Sequence record: OZ035799.1
Source of the DNA: Justusliebigvirus alia
Reading direction: 5' to 3' (one strand)
Length of the DNA stretch: 64,000 nt
Position 1 is the stretch's first letter, and every line of letters begins with the position of its first letter. A program made the translations under genes and the position numbers. The notes beneath the pieces are model-generated. The model saw only the letters and a list, made by a program, of their open reading frames with translations, had not been told where the DNA came from and did no database searches. This document shows positions 19,060 through 28,139 of this stretch, piece after piece.

Positions 19060-19854
19060 TTACGCTTTTGCTCCAAATTTTTTAACCCACTCGCCAAACT
19101 CTTCAGATAGCAGTTTATCGTAAAGTTCTTCGTCAGACAAGGACAAATCTGCAATACCGATAAAATCAACATTATCGTATTCTTTTGCCAAGTCTTTCAG
19201 GAATTTAAAGTTTGCATTACCTACACCAACCATAAACCAGTAAACAGGAGTGTTGCGGTGTTTGTTCAGCAAACTACGTACTGCTGAAGTATCCATGTTC
19301 TCCCCGTCAGTTTGGAAGAAAATCATTGCAGGAGTACGATCAACTTGTGCATCAGTATCTACAACCTGTTCTACAACAGTACGTGTAACTTCTACACGTT
19401 CTTTTTTACCAGTTAGTTTAGCAAGGAAACCCTTAGCCGGAACTTCTTCATATTCAACGACTTCGCGTGTAATATTTTTCGTAGGTACACTACCGAAGTA
19501 TGTACCATAGATCTCTTGCATTACTGGAGCATAAGCTGTACCACCATTGATGCAAACATTAGACATGCAAGAGCCGACATAATCATCATATACATCAGCC
19601 GTTGCAGGAGGCAGTTCAAAAGAAGAACTATTGAAAGCCCACATGTCAATCTGTGCATTATCATCAAACTTCATACCAAACGGCAGCAGCTTACCTACAA
19701 AATCACTAACAGTGCCATCACGATACAGCTCACACATACTCCCCGAAATATCTAAGGCGCTACCGACACGAAGAACAACATCGTTAATCTTTTTCTTACG
19801 CAGAGATACAGTAAGAGTTTCTTGACGTTTTTTAAGACTGATTTTATTGGACAT
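19060..19854 (-). CDS. von Willebrand factor A domain protein (TerY-like)
   Basis: 264 aa; MIDAS motif LDISGSM; AAGGAGA RBS. Confidence 0.55.
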   Translation of the reverse strand: MSNKISLKKRQETLTVSLRKKKINDVVLRVGSALDISGSMCELYRDGTVSDFVGKLLPFGMKFDDNAQIDMWAFNSSSFELPPATADVYDDYVGSCMSNVCINGGTAYAPVMQEIYGTYFGSVPTKNITREVVEYEEVPAKGFLAKLTGKKERVEVTRTVVEQVVDTDAQVDRTPAMIFFQTDGENMDTSAVRSLLNKHRNTPVYWFMVGVGNANFKFLKDLAKEYDNVDFIGIADLSLSDEELYDKLLSEEFGEWVKKFGAKA

Positions 19855-19855
19855 A

Positions 19856-20125
19856 TTATTTCTCCTTTCTGAGTGTAATGTTAGTAACTTCTAAATCCAC
19901 TTCTACCATTTCTGTATCATATGAAATACAGCTAAGTTGACCTCTTTGTGAACCGTTCAGACACATTGCTTGGTTTGTATTAACCTTAATAAACACTAAG
20001 TTTCTGAACGTATCTAAACCAGAATCTTGATAGGCAACATAATATACAAATGTATCACCTACGTCAAGTTCTCCAAAACATTTAGGTTCATCTGATTTGT
20101 CGTCTTTGATATTAAATTTAAGCAC
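19856..20125 (-). CDS. hypothetical protein
   Basis: 89-aa ORF; GTG start after AAGGAGGAG. Confidence 0.45.
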   Translation of the reverse strand: MLKFNIKDDKSDEPKCFGELDVGDTFVYYVAYQDSGLDTFRNLVFIKVNTNQAMCLNGSQRGQLSCISYDTEMVEVDLEVTNITLRKEK

Positions 20126-20681
20126 TATCTCCTCCTTTACCTACTTTCCAACCTAAATAGAAAGCCTCTCTAGTGATTTTTTGCAACTCGTTTAAAGAGA
20201 TAGTTACAACTAAATCATCTTCAATTTCTAGCTTTGAGTCTTCTTCTGTCTCAATGCAAGTATTATGCACTTTGTGGTAAGGATTGTCAACACGTTTAAA
20301 TTTATTATTTTCAGTGCTGAAGAAGCAATCTGGATCTTCTTCCCCATCACCCCAACCCTGGTTAGGATCTTCTTCAGATCTTTCTGTTGGGATCTCGCCT
20401 GTAAAGTGCTCTTCTAATACCAGAGCAATCCCATCTCCAAGATCGGAAGAGAACATCAAATTACAAACTTCTTCCCAAGGCATAGACCACTTAAATCTTT
20501 TACGATTGCCATGTTTATCTTCTTCGTTAGAGAAAACACTACCATAACTATCATAATTCCCATACATCTCTTCGACAACCTTACCACCTTTCAAAAGAAA
20601 TAGGTAGCAAGGAGAGCCATCGAAAGAGGTAGAAAGAGCAGCATTACCAGACTCTTTGCACAAGAAACTAAAACACCCCAT
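20118..20681 (-). CDS. hypothetical protein
   Basis: 187-aa ORF; start overlaps upstream stop. Confidence 0.5.
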   Translation of the reverse strand: MGCFSFLCKESGNAALSTSFDGSPCYLFLLKGGKVVEEMYGNYDSYGSVFSNEEDKHGNRKRFKWSMPWEEVCNLMFSSDLGDGIALVLEEHFTGEIPTERSEEDPNQGWGDGEEDPDCFFSTENNKFKRVDNPYHKVHNTCIETEEDSKLEIEDDLVVTISLNELQKITREAFYLGWKVGKGGDSA

Positions 20682-20881
20682 TATACACCAGCCTTAAGAT
20701 CAATTAAGGCCAAAGTTGTTTCAGAGTGTGTTTGCTCGTCTACAGGTGCAGTCATATGATAATACAAAAAATCTTCGGCATCATACCAATCTGATTCTTG
20801 ACCTTGTTTCCAACCATCAATGAAAGCATCTTCCATAATGGTTTGCAATTCTTCACGAGTTAAGTGAATATCTTTACTCAT
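20681..20881 (-). CDS. hypothetical protein
   Basis: 66-aa ORF; AGAGGAGAA RBS. Confidence 0.45.
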   Translation of the reverse strand: MSKDIHLTREELQTIMEDAFIDGWKQGQESDWYDAEDFLYYHMTAPVDEQTHSETTLALIDLKAGV

Positions 20882-21087
20882 TACACATTCTCCTCTTTTA
20901 CCAATTCCATCGTTGAATTGTCAAAACCATCTTTAGAAGAATAGGTATAGACAGAACGTAGTTCTCGCAGGACAGTGAATACATTAGGATCATCTAACCA
21001 AGTATCCTGGAGGAGAACATAACGATCTTCATTGTCATACTGAACAGCAATCATAGAACCAGACAGTTTGTAAATTTTAATATTCAT
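20881..21087 (-). CDS. hypothetical protein
   Basis: Track ORF starts at GTG 21114; in-frame ATG at 21087 has AAGGAGA RBS. Confidence 0.45.
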   Translation of the reverse strand: MNIKIYKLSGSMIAVQYDNEDRYVLLQDTWLDDPNVFTVLRELRSVYTYSSKDGFDNSTMELVKEENV

Positions 21088-21100
21088 AATATATTTCTCC

Positions 21101-22204
21101 TTAAAGTAGACCACGTTTAACAGTTTGAATCATACCATCTTCAAGAGATTGCACTTCTTGAATGTAATCAATACGAGCAGCACGGGCTTCAGTGTTGATT
21201 CGGTTAGTTTCTTCCAACATTTTAACTAAGTTTTCTTGATCACGACGCAATGTTTCAATATCCAATACTTGACGATTAGCAAGTTGTGTAGCTTCAATTT
21301 GGTTTTGTGCAGCCAGATCACTACCCATTGCAATAGCAGCATTAAATTCATTCAGTACATTGTTCTGCGTATCGGCTGCTTTCTTCTGGCGTAGACTTTC
21401 AATATACATAGAAAAGTTTGCAGAGTAAGCAGGAATAACATTATTCACAATATTACGGGCTGATCGCATCAAACTTGCAGATACTTTCTGCATACTTTGT
21501 ACACGTGGCCCCATCTGAACACACAGTAAGCGTAAGGCTTTCAGGTCTGCAATACGAATTTCAAGCAGATCCATAGTATCACGAGTACGTTGACGCTCTT
21601 CTACCTCATTTTCAGGTAGTGTATTAAGGCGAATTTCTTCTTTTTCATAAGTAGCTGTTAGAAGCTCTATATCCCTGTTTAAGCTAAGAGCATATTTTGC
21701 AATAGCTTCTTCTAAACGTTGCAGATATCGTAAAGAATCTTCTTCTTTTTTCAAGTCTGTTTGGAGTGTCTTTACCAAACCTTCAATACGGTTATTGATG
21801 GTGTCAAATTCTCCAAACAAATCTTCTTTCATACCTAAAACTTTCTTAACTAGTTTACCTAAACCTTTAGATTGTTTAATAGAGTTAGGATCAAGTTGCT
21901 TTGCTTGCTTAATAAGTGCAGTTAAACGTTCACTCATTTCATCTCCCTGAGATGAACGCTGGTGTTTAAGCACTTCAGCATTAAGGTTACGAAGAGTAAG
22001 TCCTGCATCAGCACCAACCTGTTCAATCTCTTCACGAGACATTGGAGGCAGCATTTGTACAGGTCGTGCAACAGCAGGGGCATATACAGGGCTTGCATCC
22101 ATAGCACTTGGAGCAAACAAAGACTTACTTTTTTCTGTTGTTGCCGTGAATACACTCATTTCAGACGGTTTGCTTTTTACGGCACTGATAAAAGGACTGG
22201 ACAT
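21101..22204 (-). CDS. TelA/KlaB-like (toxic anion resistance family) protein
   Basis: 367 aa, helical/coiled-coil; GGAGGAAA RBS; family call from overall pattern only. Confidence 0.45.
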   Translation of the reverse strand: MSSPFISAVKSKPSEMSVFTATTEKSKSLFAPSAMDASPVYAPAVARPVQMLPPMSREEIEQVGADAGLTLRNLNAEVLKHQRSSQGDEMSERLTALIKQAKQLDPNSIKQSKGLGKLVKKVLGMKEDLFGEFDTINNRIEGLVKTLQTDLKKEEDSLRYLQRLEEAIAKYALSLNRDIELLTATYEKEEIRLNTLPENEVEERQRTRDTMDLLEIRIADLKALRLLCVQMGPRVQSMQKVSASLMRSARNIVNNVIPAYSANFSMYIESLRQKKAADTQNNVLNEFNAAIAMGSDLAAQNQIEATQLANRQVLDIETLRRDQENLVKMLEETNRINTEARAARIDYIQEVQSLEDGMIQTVKRGLL

Positions 22205-22272
22205 TCAATTTCCTCCATATTCTTTAGTAGATGGTGATACCTCTGTACCACCATCATAACACAAATTAAGTA

Positions 22273-23124
22273 TTAAACAAACATATCTAAATAATTTGTA
22301 GTAATAAATGCTCCATCTGCTTCCAGATTAACATAACCAGTAGCATTAGTGGTTAAGAAATCCAGATCGAAGGACTCTTTAACACCCCGTACCTCAATAC
22401 GAGAGATATCGAATACAGGTAGTGTAACAGCCTCTTCGTGCAATACCGTACCTTTGTATGTTGCCTTAATGATAAACTTGATATTACCCGTTCCAGCATC
22501 ATACAAAACACTTTCAAACCCTTTGAGAGTATACTTATCACCAGAAGTGAAGTGCAAAGTTGCTTTGTTTACAGTACGTTTCTTACGAGGAGTTCCTTTC
22601 ACACGTTTATGATCACTACGTTTTTTGTACTTAGGAATGAATACAAACGATACATTCTGAAGAAAGGTATCAACATCCAGGATTTTAATATCCTCTGTTG
22701 CAGCAAATTTTGAAGTCGTTGCATCAAAATGCTTTTCCCTGCGATCATACATAAAGATATCAAACCGATCTTCTAAATCAAACAAATTATGTATTTTAAT
22801 TTCAGAATGCTTGCGCATTGCAGCAACCTTGAACTCTTCAAAACGTGGGTGTTCTACAAGTTCTTCAAGTTTTACACCAAAGACAGTATATTGTTTCGAA
22901 GTTTTTTCTGGCGTTGGCATTACAGAAGCATAATCACCGATTGCGCTTTTAAAGCAAAATTGTTCTTGACCTGTATTTTTACCAACGAATTTACAGTATT
23001 CGTCATCGTGCATACTTTCTTTGGTAGTACCAACAAACTCAAAACCATCTTTATTCTTCTCAAGAATTTCTTGATTAAAGATCCAACCTTCCAGGCGATA
23101 CACTTTACCAACTTCTAGTTTCAT
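22273..23124 (-). CDS. hypothetical protein
   Basis: 283-aa ORF; AAGGAGAA RBS. Confidence 0.55.
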   Translation of the reverse strand: MKLEVGKVYRLEGWIFNQEILEKNKDGFEFVGTTKESMHDDEYCKFVGKNTGQEQFCFKSAIGDYASVMPTPEKTSKQYTVFGVKLEELVEHPRFEEFKVAAMRKHSEIKIHNLFDLEDRFDIFMYDRREKHFDATTSKFAATEDIKILDVDTFLQNVSFVFIPKYKKRSDHKRVKGTPRKKRTVNKATLHFTSGDKYTLKGFESVLYDAGTGNIKFIIKATYKGTVLHEEAVTLPVFDISRIEVRGVKESFDLDFLTTNATGYVNLEADGAFITTNYLDMFV

Positions 23125-23159
23125 CTGTTTCTCCTTCTTATTTAATCTGTATTAAATTA

Positions 23160-23750
23160 TTAACGACGACGTGAGCTACTAAAACTACGTTTCGACGAAG
23201 AATAACTTTTCGAAGACTTACTATAAGAGCTAATAGGGCTTGAGTAAGACTTACGAGCAGAGTAATCACTATTCACTTTTGTTGTTGACGGGCGTGAATA
23301 CGTTTGTACACTTTGCTGCTTAATTGTGTTTTGTTTAGTGGTTGTATATGTATTTCCTTGTTTATCATAAAAACTATGCTTTTGTGTTGTATATGCTTTA
23401 CTGTTAGTTGTAGGAGCAGCGTTGTTATTAATAATTGTTGTGCTGCTACCACCATCTCTATAACCGCCACCGCCACTATTACCACTCAACATATGACCAA
23501 GAAGCATACCTGTAGCAAACTCACCTACGCCAGAAGAACCACTGCCGCCTCCTTGCACAACAACTGTTGAAGGTTGTGCAGGTGCTGCTTGAACAACTTG
23601 AGGTGCAGGCTGATTTACATATTGTTCATCTACCATCTGATTTGGTGTTTGTTGGTAACGTTGATTTTGTACATTTTCAGAATCATCACAACCTACCAGC
23701 AATGCACTACCTAATACAACTGCAACAATAAAAGATTTAATGTTTTTCAT
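23160..23750 (-). CDS. lipoprotein with glycine-zipper segment and Ser/Tyr/Lys-rich tail
   Basis: ATG at 23750 (GAGGG RBS) gives signal peptide ending at lipobox LVGC; GMLLGHMLSG glycine zipper. Confidence 0.55.
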   Translation of the reverse strand: MKNIKSFIVAVVLGSALLVGCDDSENVQNQRYQQTPNQMVDEQYVNQPAPQVVQAAPAQPSTVVVQGGGSGSSGVGEFATGMLLGHMLSGNSGGGGYRDGGSSTTIINNNAAPTTNSKAYTTQKHSFYDKQGNTYTTTKQNTIKQQSVQTYSRPSTTKVNSDYSARKSYSSPISSYSKSSKSYSSSKRSFSSSRRR

Positions 23751-23943
23751 TTGTAACCCTCTCATTTAAAGTCTCAACACAATTTTTAAAATCCCTAGAG
23801 AAACAATACATCTGTTCTCCGTTCCTGTTGATAGTAATTGTATGGTTATCAATATATGTTGTCAAGATAAAAATCAAACAAAACAACCCTAGAGCAAAAC
23901 AAATATTTTCAAACAGAATCCAAAGAACACGTAAAACCACCAT
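23737..23943 (-). CDS. small membrane protein
   Basis: 68 aa; GAGGTG RBS; hydrophobic core. Confidence 0.4.
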   Translation of the reverse strand: MVVLRVLWILFENICFALGLFCLIFILTTYIDNHTITINRNGEQMYCFSRDFKNCVETLNERVTNEKH

Positions 23944-23982
23944 CAGATCACCTCAACAAAGCCCCCGAAGGGGCTTAATGAA

Positions 23983-24960
23983 TTAAGCAACAGTCTGGTC
24001 TTCTTTTTCAGGGAAGATTAAACTTGCAATAACACCCAGCCCAAGAGTACCTAACACAATATACATACTGATCGTCGGATCAATGTGTGCTGGCAGGAAA
24101 CTCACTTTTGCGTGCAGAGTTTCTGCAAACGGGTGATACATCAGTTTTACACCCACAAATACCAGGACTACGATAACTGCTTTCTCCAGATGAACCAAAT
24201 ACTTCAGTGCAACACTAAGAACAAAGAACAGAGCACGTAAACCTAAGATTGCACAGAGCATCGAAGAGAACACCAGCAGAGGTTCTTGTGTCACCGCAAT
24301 TACTGCTGGAACAGAGTCTACTGCAAAGATTACGTCAACCATTTCCATTACAAACACACAAACCAGAGCCGGAGTTGCTACACGAACACCATTTTTGATT
24401 GTGAAGAACTTCTCACCATCCATCTGATCAGATACAGGGAACAGCTTACGAACAATGCGAGTAGCCCAGTGTTTAGAGTAATCAACTTCTGCATCATTAT
24501 CCCCAGCGAATACCATTTTAGCCGCACAGAAAAGGATGACAGCACCGAAGAAGATATTAACATACCAGCCCAAACTCAACAAGTAAGTGCCTACTGCTAC
24601 AAACACACCTCGGAAGACAATCGCACCTGCAATACCCCAAAGTAGAATTTTGTGCTGCAAGTGTGTGCTTTTAATACCAAAACTTGCGAAGACTGCCACA
24701 AATACTACTAAGTTATCTACAGAAAGAGATTTCTCCAACACATACCCACTCAAGAACAAGCTCGCAAAATCAGCACCGTGTTGGAAGTATACAAAACCAT
24801 AGTAGGCTAATGATACCCCAATCCAGAAAATTGACCAGCCAATTGCAGATTTAAATGAAATTTCTTTGTTTTCTCTGTGTCCAAAGAAGTCAATACAAAT
24901 CGACAAGACTAAAATACCCACTAAAACAACCACATCAATAATTGGGAAACCCAGTTGCAT
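23983..24960 (-). CDS. terC: TerC-family integral membrane protein
   Basis: 325 aa, multi-pass hydrophobic; signature EKSLSVDNLVVF; AGAGGAGAA RBS. Confidence 0.75.
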   Translation of the reverse strand: MQLGFPIIDVVVLVGILVLSICIDFFGHRENKEISFKSAIGWSIFWIGVSLAYYGFVYFQHGADFASLFLSGYVLEKSLSVDNLVVFVAVFASFGIKSTHLQHKILLWGIAGAIVFRGVFVAVGTYLLSLGWYVNIFFGAVILFCAAKMVFAGDNDAEVDYSKHWATRIVRKLFPVSDQMDGEKFFTIKNGVRVATPALVCVFVMEMVDVIFAVDSVPAVIAVTQEPLLVFSSMLCAILGLRALFFVLSVALKYLVHLEKAVIVVLVFVGVKLMYHPFAETLHAKVSFLPAHIDPTISMYIVLGTLGLGVIASLIFPEKEDQTVA

Positions 24961-25037
24961 TCTTTTCTCCTCTTTAATGCGGAGGACAATCCTCCGCTCT
25001 ATGTCTTATACTATAAACTGTTTTTAAAGAAAGTCAA

Positions 25038-25286
25038 CTAGTTCAGTTCTGTAATTTTAAGTTTATCTTCTTTGTTAATGATAGGGAAAGCTACAGCATC
25101 ACCTACGTCATCAATAAAGCAAATAGCAAGACCACCTTCCACTTTGCTAATCTGACCATTAAAGGCGTGATACGGGGCAGGAACTTGATCTCCATCTTCA
25201 AGGAGAATAGCCTCGTAAACCTTGCCGATAGTACAATCACGAGTGTTTCTAAATTTTTCAAGCACTTCAACATTTACTTTACGCAT
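25038..25286 (-). CDS. hypothetical protein
   Basis: 82-aa ORF; upstream stem-loop GCGGAGGA-CAA-TCCTCCGC. Confidence 0.5.
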   Translation of the reverse strand: MRKVNVEVLEKFRNTRDCTIGKVYEAILLEDGDQVPAPYHAFNGQISKVEGGLAICFIDDVGDAVAFPIINKEDKLKITELN

Positions 25287-25300
25287 ATAAAAATCCTCTC

Positions 25301-25507
25301 TTATTTGTTAGATTGAAAGATACCACGAAGTACCGCAAGAATGAACGTCACACAGACTACACTCCAAAACGTTACAGGAACATGATGCCAGTCTAAGCCG
25401 ATAATGTCAATCATATAATTGTATGCTAAAAGCAGTAGCCAACTAGGGATTAACACAATCAAGAACACAACAATAAAACAACCTAATACTGCTAAAACAC
25501 CTGCCAT
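25301..25507 (-). CDS. small membrane protein
   Basis: 68 aa, two hydrophobic helices; AAGGAGAA RBS. Confidence 0.45.
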   Translation of the reverse strand: MAGVLAVLGCFIVVFLIVLIPSWLLLLAYNYMIDIIGLDWHHVPVTFWSVVCVTFILAVLRGIFQSNK

Positions 25508-25516
25508 ACTTTCTCC

Positions 25517-26233
25517 TTATTTCAGTTTGTAAACAATTACATTTAAACCTTTGTTTACTAGAGTTTCTTCGATCATAAGTTTTACAATATTCCAAGAACC
25601 TCCAGCCAAACCACAACCAAGCATTGGTAAACCTACAATTTTACCGCCTGAAGATACAACATCGTCTCCCATACTATCTAACGCATTATAGATAGCTTCA
25701 TAATTCAGGTCACGCTTGCCTTCCTCACGACGACTATAACCATATTGTCCATATAAATTATAAATTGTCAAATTGTTTTCTGTATACTTGGTAAACGTAC
25801 CTAATTTTTTATAATCACCACGTTTAGTGGCACAATCTGCTTTAAACGCACCAGGCCACTTGCTTTTAATTTTTGGTGCAATACCACTACCCATAGTGCA
25901 AAAACAGTTACAGCAGTGTGCTATAGCGTCTATATCGCCTCTCTCGGCTGCTGCTAAAAGATCACCGTATACCTCAATGATACCTGCTGGATAACTTGTT
26001 ACAATTTCATCTTCCCAGTACATTTTCTCTACACCACCGATCAGTGCAAAGTTTTGTGTAATGCGATCATCAATATAGTTAAGACCTGAAACATACACAG
26101 CGTATTCATCCTGTGCTGTAATACCTTGCACACGAATTCTTAAGACACCATCTTTATCTGTTGCTACACGCCCAAAATCTTTTTCTGTAATATTGGTGAT
26201 AGGATCTCCGAAAGTCATTACTTTATTAGACAT
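25517..26233 (-). CDS. macro-domain protein (ADP-ribose binding/processing)
   Basis: Track ORF starts 26350 inside PRTase gene; ATG at 26233 removes overlap; DAIAHCCNCFCTMGSGIA and GLPMLGCGLAGG resemble macro motifs. Confidence 0.45.
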   Translation of the reverse strand: MSNKVMTFGDPITNITEKDFGRVATDKDGVLRIRVQGITAQDEYAVYVSGLNYIDDRITQNFALIGGVEKMYWEDEIVTSYPAGIIEVYGDLLAAAERGDIDAIAHCCNCFCTMGSGIAPKIKSKWPGAFKADCATKRGDYKKLGTFTKYTENNLTIYNLYGQYGYSRREEGKRDLNYEAIYNALDSMGDDVVSSGGKIVGLPMLGCGLAGGSWNIVKLMIEETLVNKGLNVIVYKLK

Positions 26234-27083
26234 AATAATCCCCTTTAACATTAGATTTGTTGATAATGTTGCTTTCAAAAAATTGACGTAGGAAATCAAA
26301 GTTCTCTTTATATTTTTCAATGTTATTGTAGCCTTCTGCAAGGCAACCAAAGAACAGTTGTTCTACATAATACAAAGGAAGTTGTGAAAGTGCAATTTTA
26401 AAATCAACTTCGCTTTGACTCATTAGATACTTAATAGGACGAACCAAACATTTAGCATCAGTTTCTTGCTTAATCATTTTAATAAAAGCTGCCAGGTTAT
26501 TGATATAGTTGAAGTTAAGTGCAGCTTCGGTATTGGCTTCTGTACCTTCATACTTTGCAAAGTACAGGAAAAACGTATCGTTTTCAACACCTTCTTTGTC
26601 TAAAATTTCAATAAGTTTTTCTTCGTGCGTTCCTGTAATATTAACATCATCAATGAAAATCAGAGTTTTATTACCCCAGAAATCACGATTGATAGAGAAA
26701 GTGTCACCATCGATCAAAGCCTTACGATCTTCTTTGCTAAGAAATCCATAATCATTGATATAGCTCACTTTACGATGAACGATATCCCACTCCACTGGTT
26801 TACCACCTTTGATAGAGATTAGGTAGTTGAGGTGGTCTACAAAATGTTCAGATAACACTGTAGCTGCATTTTTCACATAGTTATATGGAGATGGAATAAC
26901 AACAAAACTTTCATTTACCAGTCGTTCTTCATACTTAGAAAAGAAACTTTCAGCCAGAATGCGCCCCATTCTTTTTGCTGCCTGGTTACTACCAAACTTT
27001 AGTTTGGAATAATCTGCAATGTTAAATTTTGCTTCCTTCAGGTTAGTAAAAGTATTAGCAAAATGTTGAATTTGATTACGCAT
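26226..27083 (-). CDS. type I phosphoribosyltransferase
   Basis: 285 aa; PRPP-binding motif LIFIDDVNITGTH. Confidence 0.65.
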   Translation of the reverse strand: MRNQIQHFANTFTNLKEAKFNIADYSKLKFGSNQAAKRMGRILAESFFSKYEERLVNESFVVIPSPYNYVKNAATVLSEHFVDHLNYLISIKGGKPVEWDIVHRKVSYINDYGFLSKEDRKALIDGDTFSINRDFWGNKTLIFIDDVNITGTHEEKLIEILDKEGVENDTFFLYFAKYEGTEANTEAALNFNYINNLAAFIKMIKQETDAKCLVRPIKYLMSQSEVDFKIALSQLPLYYVEQLFFGCLAEGYNNIEKYKENFDFLRQFFESNIINKSNVKGDYYV

Positions 27084-27732
27084 TAATAAGTTCCTCTTTT
27101 TTAAGTTTAGCCAACAAGTCTTCTGGATTAATAATATGACAGAACTTCATCCCTATGTCAACAGCTTTTCCATCATAGATCAAACTATCTCCAACGTGTA
27201 AGATCTCCTCTGGTGCGAGATCAAACGTTACCATTTCATCAAAAGAGAGTTTAAAAAACCTAGGATCTGGTTTACACAAGCAAAACTCATCAGAAAAATG
27301 CATAAAGTCAAATGGTAATTTTGTCAAGCCAGAATATACAGCTAAGAAACTACCAGGTACAAAATTGGTATTGCTCTTAATACTCAAAGAATAGGTTGAA
27401 CTTAGCTCTTCCAACTTCTTGCAAAGTTCAGGGTTTAATGTTGGAGGATGTTTTATAAACATTGCTAAACAGTCTCTTTTTAACCCATCTACTTTATCAA
27501 GATCAATGTTCAAACGAGCAGAAAGTGTTTCCCAAGCATTTCTAGATGTTCCACAAATGCCTTTTTCTGCTTTTAAATCCAGGAGAGTTTTTACCTCTTT
27601 ATATACGGTAGCTGCTTCTACCTCAGAACAAGAGGCATACTCGGCAATAACCTTGTTGCGTTCTTCTGCATACAAAGGATTAGCAGTAATAAGAGTATTC
27701 CATACATCAAAAGAAATATGCTTAACAGTCAT
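27076..27732 (-). CDS. HAD-superfamily phosphatase
   Basis: ATG at 27732 follows GGAGGA; motif I FDVWNT and motif IV HVGDS..D. Confidence 0.6.
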   Translation of the reverse strand: MTVKHISFDVWNTLITANPLYAEERNKVIAEYASCSEVEAATVYKEVKTLLDLKAEKGICGTSRNAWETLSARLNIDLDKVDGLKRDCLAMFIKHPPTLNPELCKKLEELSSTYSLSIKSNTNFVPGSFLAVYSGLTKLPFDFMHFSDEFCLCKPDPRFFKLSFDEMVTFDLAPEEILHVGDSLIYDGKAVDIGMKFCHIINPEDLLAKLKKEELINA

Positions 27733-27734
27733 TT

Positions 27735-27890
27735 TTAATCCTCCGTCCAAAAGAATATCATCTGCTTAATTTTATTGATCTCTTGATGTAGTAACTTTCC
27801 AGCATGTGATTGATCTTTAATATTGACAGCAAGAATTTCAAGCTCCGTCAGTTTTTCTTGGATAGCTTTATATTCATCATCTGTAAGCAT
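27735..27890 (-). CDS. small hypothetical protein (51 aa)
   Basis: Not in track (<60 aa); ATG after GGGGAAG; fills gap between flanking genes. Confidence 0.3.
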   Translation of the reverse strand: MLTDDEYKAIQEKLTELEILAVNIKDQSHAGKLLHQEINKIKQMIFFWTED

Positions 27891-27901
27891 TTTCTTCCCC
27901 T

Positions 27902-28093
27902 TTAGAATGGTAATCTTTGTATGTCACTTATCCCCACACCAAGAAGTCTAGCAATATCCTTATCTAAAAGCAACTCTTTTTGTTCTAAAATGTTAATCAG
28001 ATCTCCTAATACTTCTTTAATGTCACGATCATTTTTAGCAACGTGACCACCTGCCGTATCAACTTTATCTTTAAAAACAAAGTAATGATCCAT
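27902..28093 (-). CDS. hypothetical protein
   Basis: Track start 28105; ATG at 28093 has GGAGGG RBS. Confidence 0.45.
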   Translation of the reverse strand: MDHYFVFKDKVDTAGGHVAKNDRDIKEVLGDLINILEQKELLLDKDIARLLGVGISDIQRLPF

Positions 28094-28139
28094 AATACCC
28101 TCCATATAAATAAAGGAGGCTTTCGCCTCCTTTTATCAC

